Positions 17,811 to 26,674 of a DNA stretch of 64,000 nucleotides are shown one piece after another. Under the pieces are notes generated by a model. It was not told the origin of the DNA and ran no database searches. It saw only the letters and a program-made list of their open reading frames with translations. The DNA comes from Candidatus Omnitrophota bacterium (GTDB taxonomy: Bacteria > Omnitrophota > Gorgyraeia > Duberdicusellales > 4484-171): contig JBAWWL010000003.1 of assembly GCA_037146775.1 (NCBI GenBank), positions 133,956 through 197,955 on the forward strand, written 5' to 3'. A program made the translations under genes and the position numbers. Position 1 is the stretch's first letter; every line of letters begins with the position of its first letter.

Positions 17811-19661
17811 ATGGATAATAAAGACGTACAGTTTATCATTACCAACACCCCGCCTTTTAATAAACTAAAACCGGAGGAGCTCGCCCAGTTTATTGCTCTT
17901 TCCGAAGTCAAAGCATATAGAAATGGGGATATTATTTATCATAACGGAGATGCCGGAGAATATTTTTATTTTCTGTTGGCCGGCCGGGTAGCTATTCTCA
18001 ATAGCGATTATAGCCGGGATGCGGAAATAGAAACTTTAAAACGCGGTACCTGCTTTGGTATTATCTCCCTTTTTAACGATGAACCGCATTCGGTAACCGC
18101 CAAATCTACCGGCATCTCGTGGGTTCTCTTAGTTAAAAAAGATGCTTTCAAGGAATTCTTGCATGCCCACGCGATGCTTTCTCTTGAATTTTACCGGATT
18201 CTTTCGCAGCGTATACGTACAAGAGCCAAACCAAAAAAAATATTTCAATGTAAGCGCATAGCCGTGTTTGGATTCCCTTTGTCGGGCAAGACCACCTATG
18301 TGGTTCATCTGGGGCGTGAACTTATTGAGCAAACCAAAAAAAAGGTTATCTGTGTAGAATTTTCCTTAGAAAATAATTTCAGCCTTCCCGAGGTGCTCGG
18401 CAAAGAAGCTAAGCCGCTTGAACTGGAGGCATTTAGCGAAGAGCAGATCGAAGAACATATTGTACATGACAGCGTTGATGGCCTTTTGGTAAAGATAGTC
18501 AACGGAAGCAATATTCTTTCTTTATTAAATTGCCTTTATGAGCGGTATCACTTTATTGTCTACGAAATTCCTTCTGTGTTGGGCGATATGTATCTTTACG
18601 ATATGGTTGAACCGTGTGATTATTTGCATATTCTTCTTTCCGGTCACAACGAAGAGTTTACCGCTTTAGCGCATACTATCGCGGCGTTAAAAGAAAAAAG
18701 CCCGATTAACCAAGAAAAGATAAAGATTATCGTGAATGAGTCAGCCACAAAAGACATGTCTTCGCAGGAAATGGTACGTTTACTTCGGCATCCTCTCTAT
18801 GCTACCTTGCCTGTTCTCGCCAGCGATGACTATATCAAGATGATGCGCCGCATTGCGCGTCAAACGGCAGAGGTGGTGGTAGGTTTGGCGCTTGGTTCCG
18901 GAGCAGCCTACGGATTATCCCATATCGGAGTATTAAAGGTCCTTGAAGCGCACGAGATCCCCATTGATATCATCTGTGGCTCCAGTATTGGTGCGGTCAT
19001 CGCGAGCCTGTGGGCATGCGGTTACGCCGTGAGTGACATTGAAGCGATATGTAAAGATTTTGCCAAGCGTGGTAATCTTTTTTCCTTCTCTGGTATATCA
19101 TTTCCGTTTCGAGGCTTCTTTCGGATAAAACGTTTGGAGAAGGTGCTCAGAGATATTTTTAAAGATAGAACTTTTTACGACGTGAAACGAACCTTAAAAA
19201 TAGTGGCATTTGATTTCTATAAAAGAGAAACACGTGTGCTTGAAGAAGGACTCCTGTATAAAGCGCTGGCAGCCAGCTGTGCGATGCCCGGGATTTTTGA
19301 ACCCGTGCGGTTTAAAGAAGACATACTTTTAGACGGAGGTATTTTGAACCCGCTTCCTACGAAAGTGCTTCTCGGCTATGGGGTCAACAAGATAATCGCG
19401 GTCAACATCACGCCTTCAAAAGAGGAAATCTTTAATACTTACAGGAAAAAAAATAGTTTACACATTCTTGATTTCATTTTTGGCAGCATCGAAACTATGC
19501 AGGGGGAATTTGTCCAGCAGGCAATAAGCGTTGCGGATGTGGTCATTCATCCAAAACTTAACGGTTTAGGCTGGATGGAGTTTGATAAGATAGGGCCATT
19601 TATCCAGCGGGGAGAGGAAGCAGCAAGAGAAAAATTACAAGATATGAAGCGCTTATGCTAA
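17811..19661 (+). CDS. cNMP-binding + degenerate P-loop (MinD/ParA-like) + patatin phospholipase fusion
   Basis: cNMP domain (GDIIY..GD..YFYFLLAGRV..FGIISL); SGKTT P-loop; patatin GSGAAYGLSHIG, GSSIG, DGG. Confidence 0.85.
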   Translation: MDNKDVQFIITNTPPFNKLKPEELAQFIALSEVKAYRNGDIIYHNGDAGEYFYFLLAGRVAILNSDYSRDAEIETLKRGTCFGIISLFNDEPHSVTAKSTGISWVLLVKKDAFKEFLHAHAMLSLEFYRILSQRIRTRAKPKKIFQCKRIAVFGFPLSGKTTYVVHLGRELIEQTKKKVICVEFSLENNFSLPEVLGKEAKPLELEAFSEEQIEEHIVHDSVDGLLVKIVNGSNILSLLNCLYERYHFIVYEIPSVLGDMYLYDMVEPCDYLHILLSGHNEEFTALAHTIAALKEKSPINQEKIKIIVNESATKDMSSQEMVRLLRHPLYATLPVLASDDYIKMMRRIARQTAEVVVGLALGSGAAYGLSHIGVLKVLEAHEIPIDIICGSSIGAVIASLWACGYAVSDIEAICKDFAKRGNLFSFSGISFPFRGFFRIKRLEKVLRDIFKDRTFYDVKRTLKIVAFDFYKRETRVLEEGLLYKALAASCAMPGIFEPVRFKEDILLDGGILNPLPTKVLLGYGVNKIIAVNITPSKEEIFNTYRKKNSLHILDFIFGSIETMQGEFVQQAISVADVVIHPKLNGLGWMEFDKIGPFIQRGEEAAREKLQDMKRLC

Positions 19662-19686
19662 TATGCCGGCGTCTTGTGGCAGAATA

Positions 19687-20712
19687 TTACTCGATTACCA
19701 GCAAAGAATTTTTTCCGCCAAAATGATCGTCTTCTTCAAGCTTGTTGTGGGGATCGGAAATCCACGAATCTCCTGCCAGAAACTTATAGCGATATTTACC
19801 TTTTTCGGATAGCGGTATATTGATGGTCCAAATATCGTTTCCGACCTTCTTTAATTTATACTGTTCTTCTTTTTTCCAGTTGTTAAAATCGCCGATGGCA
19901 TACACTTCGTTAAACTGCTCGCCTTTTAAGAAAAGCGGTTTCCAGGTTGTTTGGGAAGTGATCCGTTCTAATTCCGTCGCCAGCGCCAAGAAATCTTCAG
20001 CGCCTCGGGAATCGGGCATATATTCGAAAATTGTCTTTCCGGCCGAAGAGGCTTCTTTAAGATGTACGTTGGTACGTATACTGCTTTCCAGAACCAAACT
20101 TCCCAGCTGTTTTTTTACCTTCTCCGTGAATTCTAAAGAGAACCGGTAACGTTTATCCAGTTGATTGAGCAAATAGAACGAAACAGGAGCTTTGCCTTTG
20201 AACTCTTTGAGCATAATAATAATATCCTTCAATATTTCAACCCCGCGCAGAGAGAAGTCGCACATATTTAAGGGAATGATTGAATACGCGCTTGCTTCGA
20301 GTGCGTTGAGTGTAAGAACTCCCAAGTTAGGAGGGCAGTCTAGTACGCAATAATCAAAATTCGCCGATATGGTTTGCAGGAAAGAGGATAGAATGCTGAA
20401 CCGGTCTTCCCGCTGAGAAACTTTATATTCTAAAGACGCCAAGCCGATACGTGAAGGTATAAAGTAGAAATTGTCTGCGATTGACACATAAAGATTATCC
20501 TGCGGCAGCGCTTCTTCCAGGTACATCTTCTCTAGGATATCAGTGATGGTAGTGGTATTGTCTTTTCTTAAGGCGAACGTAGCGTGTGCCTGGGGATCCA
20601 TGTCTATCAAAAGCACCTTAAAACCTTTCTTGCTTAAGGCAGCTGAAAGGTTAACCGCCGTTATCGTTTTTCCGCAACCGCCTTTTTGATTAACCACAGA
20701 AATGATTTTCAT
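19687..20712 (-). CDS. ParA/Soj-family ATPase fused to an AMPK-beta-like glycogen-binding module (CBM48/E-set)
   Basis: NQKGGCGKT, IDMDPQ, DCPPNLG; C-terminal VYAIGDFNNW...YRYKFLAGDSWISDP...FGGKNS; SD AAGGAGG. Confidence 0.9.
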   Translation of the reverse strand: MKIISVVNQKGGCGKTITAVNLSAALSKKGFKVLLIDMDPQAHATFALRKDNTTTITDILEKMYLEEALPQDNLYVSIADNFYFIPSRIGLASLEYKVSQREDRFSILSSFLQTISANFDYCVLDCPPNLGVLTLNALEASAYSIIPLNMCDFSLRGVEILKDIIIMLKEFKGKAPVSFYLLNQLDKRYRFSLEFTEKVKKQLGSLVLESSIRTNVHLKEASSAGKTIFEYMPDSRGAEDFLALATELERITSQTTWKPLFLKGEQFNEVYAIGDFNNWKKEEQYKLKKVGNDIWTINIPLSEKGKYRYKFLAGDSWISDPHNKLEEDDHFGGKNSLLVIE

Positions 20713-20726
20713 CTATTCTACCCTCC

Positions 20727-21389
20727 TTAATTCATCGTTATATCTTTGATCAATACCCACTGTGTTTTATCGGTGGCTGTCGGATAAAAAGAAAACGTAA
20801 TCTGATTTATGCGATATAGATTGGCGTTTTGCACCCCAGCGCTTTTAAGGTCGACGGGCACCTTTACGTAAGAAACTGTTTCGTCCGTAATTTCGCTCGT
20901 GGCGGGATGCAAAGAATTAGAAAAGAAATTACTGTCGCGTACTGTTACTGCCATCGTAAGCGGCGTTGATGATTTTTGCAGATGAACCATTAGCGTCCCG
21001 GACGCAAGGTCGATTGGTTTCTTCAGCGTTATGATAAACGTTGTCGAATTGCGCGGTGTAATGGTAATATGTATAGCCGATGAGCCTTTTTTTATTTTCT
21101 GTGTATCGGAAGAATCAAGAGAAGAAAAGATTTCCCCGTGTAGCAACGAATTGGCATTGTTATCTATTATGGCTGTCTGGCGGGCGATGACCATGAATTC
21201 GTATTTCGTTAAAAAGAATATCAGCGTAGCGGTTAAGGCGAAAACCACCATTACTATCGAGAGAATAAGCAGATTTCTATGGTGGGGTTTCTTTTTTCTT
21301 TTTTTCTTGGGCGGAGAGAAAAAAGTATCTTTTAACCGCTGAGAATCGAGATAGCTGTATGATGCAAAAGGATTATCTCGTTTGTCCAC
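20727..21389 (-). CDS. Single-pass membrane protein with basic N-terminus and beta-sandwich (CBM11/CIA30-like) C-terminal domain
   Basis: PPKKKRKKKPHHR, TM helix LLILSIVMVVFALTATLIFFL, then IDL...VTVRD...YVKVPV..NLYRINQITFSF; GTG 21389 fits the promoter spacing. Confidence 0.65.
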   Translation of the reverse strand: MDKRDNPFASYSYLDSQRLKDTFFSPPKKKRKKKPHHRNLLILSIVMVVFALTATLIFFLTKYEFMVIARQTAIIDNNANSLLHGEIFSSLDSSDTQKIKKGSSAIHITITPRNSTTFIITLKKPIDLASGTLMVHLQKSSTPLTMAVTVRDSNFFSNSLHPATSEITDETVSYVKVPVDLKSAGVQNANLYRINQITFSFYPTATDKTQWVLIKDITMN

Positions 21390-21396
21390 AAAAAAT

Positions 21397-21434
21397 ATAT
21401 TAGCATTGAATTTTAGAAAAATCAACTATATAAT
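21397..21434. promoter_or_regulatory. Overlapping divergent sigma70 promoters
   Basis: Minus strand TTGATT-17-TAATAT with extended TG; plus strand TTGAAT(21406)-17-TATAAT(21429). Confidence 0.55.
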
Positions 21435-21491
21435 TTGAATCAAACGGCCATATATCTAAAAATATAGCCGTTTTAGGGCAATAGGATACGT

Positions 21492-22517
21492 ATGGCAAAA
21501 GAAGCTTCTTTTTATAGCAAAGAACCACACCAGTCAGTGCGTTGTTTTCTCTGCGCGCACCGCTGCTCTATTAAGAACGAATCTACCGGTATCTGCGGTG
21601 TACGTAAAAACCAAGAAGGTATCCTTTATGCTTTAAACTATGGCCAGGTTGTTGCCGCGCATATCGATCCGATCGAGAAAAAACCATTGTTTCATTTCTT
21701 TCCCGGCACAACGTCTTATTCGCTCGCCTGTGTGGGGTGTAATTTTAAGTGTTCTTTCTGTCAAAATTGGCAGATTTCTCAAACCGCCTTCTCCCGTGCC
21801 GTCGGTGTCGACGGTTTTGGAGTAACGCCCGATAAAATTGTGCAGGAGGCCAAGCTCCATAACTGTCCCAGCATTTCGTATACGTATACCGAACCAACGA
21901 TATACTTCGAATTTGCCTATGATTGTGCGAAACAAGCCAAAGAAAACGGGCTCTATAACGTTTTTGTTACCAATGGATATATGAGCAAAGAGGCACTTGT
22001 CTCCATTAGCCCGTATCTTGACGCGGCTAACGTAGATTTAAAATCATTCCGGCAAGATTTTTATCACACTTTTTGTAAAGCTTCTTTGCAACCGGTTTTA
22101 GAGAGTATTGCTCTTATGCATAGCCTAAATATTTGGCTGGAGATAACCACGCTCATTATTCCCGGCGCAAACGACAGTGAAGATCAATTGCGGGATATTG
22201 CCCGTTTCTTATGTTCGATTGATGCGTCTATTCCCTGGCACCTAAGCGCGTTTCATCCTGACTATAAGCTTACCGATGTTTGTTCTACACCAGCTAAAAC
22301 GCTTGAGAAGGCTTATGGCATCGGGAAAGACGAAGGTTTGAAATATGTATATATGGGCAATATCTATACGCCGCGCGGAGAAAATACGTATTGCCCTTCC
22401 TGTAAACAGCTTTTGATTGAGCGTGAAGGGTTTTTGGTGAAACAGCAGAAAATAAAAGAAGGCACTTGTCCGTATTGCGGGATACGCATAGAGGGTTTAG
22501 GTCCCCCTTTTCGATAG
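21492..22517 (+). CDS. amrS: AmmeMemoRadiSam system radical SAM enzyme
   Basis: CFLCAHRC, DPIEKKPLFHFFPG, CNFKCSFCQNWQIS, YTYTEP, C-terminal CxxC pairs. Confidence 0.93.
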   Translation: MAKEASFYSKEPHQSVRCFLCAHRCSIKNESTGICGVRKNQEGILYALNYGQVVAAHIDPIEKKPLFHFFPGTTSYSLACVGCNFKCSFCQNWQISQTAFSRAVGVDGFGVTPDKIVQEAKLHNCPSISYTYTEPTIYFEFAYDCAKQAKENGLYNVFVTNGYMSKEALVSISPYLDAANVDLKSFRQDFYHTFCKASLQPVLESIALMHSLNIWLEITTLIIPGANDSEDQLRDIARFLCSIDASIPWHLSAFHPDYKLTDVCSTPAKTLEKAYGIGKDEGLKYVYMGNIYTPRGENTYCPSCKQLLIEREGFLVKQQKIKEGTCPYCGIRIEGLGPPFR

Positions 22518-22543
22518 TAAACTAAATTAACTCAATAAGCTCA

Positions 22544-22954
22544 ATGAAATTATCCAGCATATTATATAGATGTGTTTTATTTCTCTTTTTTGCGGGGATT
22601 ATTTTTATTCTGTTTTTTTACTATACCGCGATATACAGGCTGCCTCTGAAAAAAAGAAAGATTATTCTTGGAGGAAAAGAGTTTATAGTTTTTGTTGCGC
22701 AGACTGAAACAGAGCGGGAGAAGGGGTTGCAGCGCATTATTTGGATGCCTAAAAATATGGGAATGCTTTTTTTATTCCCCCGGGCGGATAGGTATTGTTT
22801 CTGGAATAAAAATACTCATATACCGCTAAAGCTTATCTTTCGGCGCAAAGAAAAAGTTGTACAAGAATCATTTCTGCCGCCCATATCCAAAGGGGCAATA
22901 ACCGTATGCCCGCAAGAGCCGGTTGATTCGGTTATTGAGGTGGGTGTTAACTGA
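22544..22954 (+). CDS. DUF192 family protein
   Basis: VAQTETEREKGL, GMLFLF, FWNKNTHIPL, VIEV. Confidence 0.85.
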   Translation: MKLSSILYRCVLFLFFAGIIFILFFYYTAIYRLPLKKRKIILGGKEFIVFVAQTETEREKGLQRIIWMPKNMGMLFLFPRADRYCFWNKNTHIPLKLIFRRKEKVVQESFLPPISKGAITVCPQEPVDSVIEVGVN

Positions 22955-22975
22955 AGACATGGGGAGTGAGTTACG

Positions 22976-23479
22976 ATGAAACACACATTTTTTAAAGGAA
23001 GATTGCTCAATGTTTCAGTGAAAAAAGTAACATTGCCTAACGGATATGTGGTGCCCTTGGAAGTAGTGAAACATCCGGGGGCGGTATTGGTAATTCCGTT
23101 TCTGACGCAAAGAAAAGTAATTATTTTAAAACAACTGCGGCCGGTAGTAAAAAAGTACTTGTATGAGTTGCCTGCGGGAACCCTGGAAAAAGGGGAGCAG
23201 CCGATGCGTTGTGCCCGGCGGGAAATTATCGAAGAGACCGGTTATAGTGCGGGGGCTTTAACGCGGTTGGGGGTTATTTTTCCGGTTCCCGGCTATTCCA
23301 CAGAAAAGATCGTTATTTACAAAGCAGAGCACTTACGTAAAGTAACGCAGCAACATCAGGCAGACGAAGTTATCCAGGTCCAGACGATTACTAAATCACG
23401 CCTGAAATATCTTTTTAGCCACGGCAAAATAGTAGATGCCAAAACAATTTGCGCTTTTGCGTTGTGTGGTTGGCTATGA
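22976..23479 (+). CDS. Nudix hydrolase (ADP-ribose/ADP-sugar pyrophosphatase type)
   Basis: HPGAV, ELPAGTLEKGE..CARREIIEETG Nudix box, DAKT. Confidence 0.92.
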   Translation: MKHTFFKGRLLNVSVKKVTLPNGYVVPLEVVKHPGAVLVIPFLTQRKVIILKQLRPVVKKYLYELPAGTLEKGEQPMRCARREIIEETGYSAGALTRLGVIFPVPGYSTEKIVIYKAEHLRKVTQQHQADEVIQVQTITKSRLKYLFSHGKIVDAKTICAFALCGWL

Positions 23480-23637
23480 CGTTGATGTGTATTTTATGGC
23501 GACAGTTTTTTTAGAATATGTTACAAGCGTCCAGGTTGGCAAATAAAAAGATTGATTATCTTTTTGTTTATTAGATAATAAAAAGATTAAATCTCGCAAT
23601 TTTAAAGTGGTACACATATTATGTACGTGGAGAAAAA

Positions 23638-25290
23638 ATGACAAATAAAAAGATATCTTTGCAACACGTAGCAATTTTGCTCATCTGTTCTTACGCATTA
23701 TTTGTACTGGGTAACGGTATCTTGGGCTTGACTAATGATAACGAAGTTTTTTATGCCCAAACCGCGAAAGAAATGATTCAGCAGAAAAGCTGGGCGACTC
23801 CCTATCTTTTTGGCCAGCCGCAGTTCGAAAAGCCGATTTTTACCTATTGGTTGCTACGAATTGGATTTTATCTCTTTGGAGTTTCTAGTTTTGGCGCGAG
23901 ATTCTTTCCTGCGCTGTTTGCTATTATTGGAGTCATAGCGGTTTATTTCTTAGGCTTGATCGGTTTTAAAGATGAGAAGAAAGCATTTCTCTCCGGTTTG
24001 ATCCTGATGTCTTCGGCTATGTATATTGGTTTGGGGAAAACGGTTTTTACCGACATGTTTTTCTCGGTGTTGATACTTTTGGCCTTGTTATTTTTCTTTT
24101 GGGGTTATAGCGATCAGCGCAAGAAAATGCTTGGGTTTATCTCTTTCGCCGTTTTTTCCGGCCTGGCGGTATTAACAAAAGGCCCCTTAGGGCTGATTAT
24201 CCCCGTGATTACGGTCGGTCTATTTCTATTATGCAAAAAAGATATTAAATTCTTGTTTTGCAAACATTTTATATTGAGTTTTTTTGTTTTCTTTTTGGTT
24301 GCCGGACCGTGGTATCTCTTGATGATTGCCAAATACGGAAATAATTTCATCCAAGAATTTATTTACAACGTCAATACCCGCAGGCTGGTTGAGGCGCAGC
24401 ATGTTTCCAACGATACCTGGTATTTTTATCCCCTTACTGTCATTACCAGCATGTTTCCCTGGAGTTTGTTTATCGCGGCCGCATTATTTTTTCTTCCTCG
24501 TTCTACCGTAAGAAAAGATAATCCTTTCTATCTTTTTTTAACCTGCTGGGCCGGGACTATTTTTTTGCTTTTTCAGCTTGCGCACTCCAAAGTCGCTAAC
24601 TACATTTTCCCTATATTTCCGGCCGTTGCCATACTTGTAGGCGGTTTTATCGTCGATATGTTAGCCGACAACAAACATAGGCGTTTACTCTTGTTTCTTT
24701 GCGGTGGTACATTATTTGTGATTCTACTTTTTCCGATAGGCTTTACGGTCAGTTTTAATATCTTCAAGGCATATATCGTATATAAATTGCCGGTTTACTC
24801 CTTAATTGTCGGGTTTGTCATATTAAGCGCGCTCATGCTTTTTTTCATGATCCGTAAGCGCATGCAAAACTTGGTATACGCTTTGGTGGCGGTTATGCCG
24901 ATTTTTTTAATTAATTTACCGCTGTTACATAAAAACTTCGAGGCCTATGTGTCTTCCAGGGCGGCTTGCGAATATTTACTCAAAAACTATCAAGTGGATA
25001 ACACTATTCTTTGTTCTAAGTTCTTTGTGCGCGGTATAAAATATTATACCGATAAAGATGTAGTTATAATTAATATCGGAGGAAAACCTTTTTTCAGTCG
25101 GCACGCGCTGCGTGCGTTAGATTCCCGGGAAAAAGTAAAGGATTTTTTATATACACAAGGCGTTACTTACTGCATCCTCAGTAAATCTTCCCTAAAAACC
25201 ATCAAGGATATCATTCCCGAAAAAAACATTACCGTACTCACACTTGCCGGAAATGAATACGTGGTGAAGGTAGAACTGCCTCGCAGCTAA
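23638..25290 (+). CDS. ArnT/PMT-family (GT-C) membrane glycosyltransferase
   Basis: DNEVFYAQTAKEM, FEKPIFTYW, LTKGP, PWY, YIFPIFPA; many TM helices. Confidence 0.88.
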   Translation: MTNKKISLQHVAILLICSYALFVLGNGILGLTNDNEVFYAQTAKEMIQQKSWATPYLFGQPQFEKPIFTYWLLRIGFYLFGVSSFGARFFPALFAIIGVIAVYFLGLIGFKDEKKAFLSGLILMSSAMYIGLGKTVFTDMFFSVLILLALLFFFWGYSDQRKKMLGFISFAVFSGLAVLTKGPLGLIIPVITVGLFLLCKKDIKFLFCKHFILSFFVFFLVAGPWYLLMIAKYGNNFIQEFIYNVNTRRLVEAQHVSNDTWYFYPLTVITSMFPWSLFIAAALFFLPRSTVRKDNPFYLFLTCWAGTIFLLFQLAHSKVANYIFPIFPAVAILVGGFIVDMLADNKHRRLLLFLCGGTLFVILLFPIGFTVSFNIFKAYIVYKLPVYSLIVGFVILSALMLFFMIRKRMQNLVYALVAVMPIFLINLPLLHKNFEAYVSSRAACEYLLKNYQVDNTILCSKFFVRGIKYYTDKDVVIINIGGKPFFSRHALRALDSREKVKDFLYTQGVTYCILSKSSLKTIKDIIPEKNITVLTLAGNEYVVKVELPRS

Positions 25291-25420
25291 GCCCAGCTCC
25301 GCTTTCCATGAGAATGGTCACGCCTTGTGGCTACAGCTACTCGCTGCGTTTCCGCTTTTGGTGAGCCTCGTCTTCGGCGGGAAACTTTGTCGAAGCGGGC
25401 GAACCCCCCTTTTACTTATT

Positions 25421-25562
25421 AAACCCGAAACACTAAACCCTAAATCCTAAATAAACTCAAAACGAAAAAATAAAAATTCAAAACGATACTATTTTGAGTT
25501 TGAAATATTTAAGTTTTTGGTTGTTTGTTTGTTTAGGATTTAGGGTTTGAGGTTTAGAGTTT
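25421..25562. repeat. Heptamer-periodic imperfect inverted repeat between convergent genes
   Basis: AAACCCTAAATCCTAAA... mirrored by ...TTTAGGATTTAGGGTTTGAGGTTTAGAGTTT; inner ACTCAAAA / TTTTGAGT. Confidence 0.7.
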
Positions 25563-25638
25563 ATGGTAAGAAGTTACTATTACATCTAGGCCAACGCGGG
25601 TATCGTTTTTGCTGTCACCAAAGAAGATTTTATTATGT

Positions 25639-26400
25639 TTAGATGCTTATTTTTGAAGCGAAGACAAGCCAGCCGGTGTGGCAGGGCATGTGCTGCTCGG
25701 GCCGGGTTTTCCCTCGGCGTACCAGGATTTTGCGTAGCAGTACTTCCATACTTTCGATATTCGTAAAACCTTTCTCTTCCAAAGTAAACACCATTCTGGT
25801 GAGTTGTTCAAAGGTAGGACAAATTGTCGCTAACCGCGCGCCGCCTTTCAGTGATTTATAAGCCGCATCTATCAAATCCCAGGGGCTGCCGATATCGATC
25901 ATAATAAAATCCACTTCTTTTTCGTCGTATGTATCAACTACTTCACGTAGCTTAAACTCCACCCACTCGCTTAAGCCGTATTTTTCCAGGTTTTTTTTCG
26001 CGTTTTCCAGAAATTCTTCGTTACGTTCGTAGCTGTATACTTTTCCGTTCGGTCGGACAAAATTAGCCAACGCCGTAGTTAATGCACCGCTGCCACCGCC
26101 CGACTCGATCACGGTTGCGCCGGGGAAAATATTAGCCCGGGATAATATCTCACCGATATCTTTGGGATAGAGAATCTGGGTTTTCCTTTTTATCTTCATT
26201 ACCATCTCATAGAGGTTTGGTCTCAAGATATAGAACTTTTCTCCCAGATTTGTTTCAATGCTCTGGCCAAACTCTTTGCCGACGACACTTTTAAGTTCCA
26301 TATAGCCCAGATCGGTATGTAGCCTGCCGCCCTGCGCTTTGATAAGGAAATTACGTCGTTCGTCTTTGTAAAGATAAAGTAAATCGCCTTCCTGAATCAT
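25639..26400 (-). CDS. trmI: tRNA (adenine-58-N1)-methyltransferase
   Basis: RKTQILYPKDIG, ESGGGSGALT, D..SPW, TRPE..M..HTGWL. Confidence 0.92.
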   Translation of the reverse strand: MIQEGDLLYLYKDERRNFLIKAQGGRLHTDLGYMELKSVVGKEFGQSIETNLGEKFYILRPNLYEMVMKIKRKTQILYPKDIGEILSRANIFPGATVIESGGGSGALTTALANFVRPNGKVYSYERNEEFLENAKKNLEKYGLSEWVEFKLREVVDTYDEKEVDFIMIDIGSPWDLIDAAYKSLKGGARLATICPTFEQLTRMVFTLEEKGFTNIESMEVLLRKILVRRGKTRPEQHMPCHTGWLVFASKISI

Positions 26401-26574
26401 AGTGTATTATCATACAGGCTCGTATTGTTTTTTGCAAGGGTAATTCATGTCTTGAGTTACAATAAAAATATGTCTGTATTATATATATTAAGCAAGAATA
26501 TTTCAGCGAAAAAATATTCCGATATTATCTCAAAAGACCCTTGCAAGATAAAGAGTTTTGTAATAAACTTGCTT

Positions 26575-26660
26575 ACACAGATGGCCACAGATTGATGTCA
26601 CAGATTATCTCAGATGTTTACCGGTGATCATCCGTAGTTCTTATTTGTGATTATCTGTGT
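26575..26660. repeat. CACAGAT-type periodic inverted repeat
   Basis: CAGAT at 26578, 26588, 26601, 26611; mirrored by ATCCGT, ATTTGTG, ATCTGTGT. Confidence 0.65.
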
Positions 26661-26674
26661 TAAAATTAAATACA

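Noticed and set aside
19687-20712. Ordinary chromosome-partition soj/parA
   Set aside because: No adjacent parB or origin-region genes, and it has an extra glycogen-binding domain
25430-25562. Plant-telomere-like TTTAGGG/CCCTAAA units suggesting eukaryotic contamination
   Set aside because: Only one exact unit per arm, degenerate and arranged as an inverted pair between two clearly bacterial genes; fits the local heptamer repeat class
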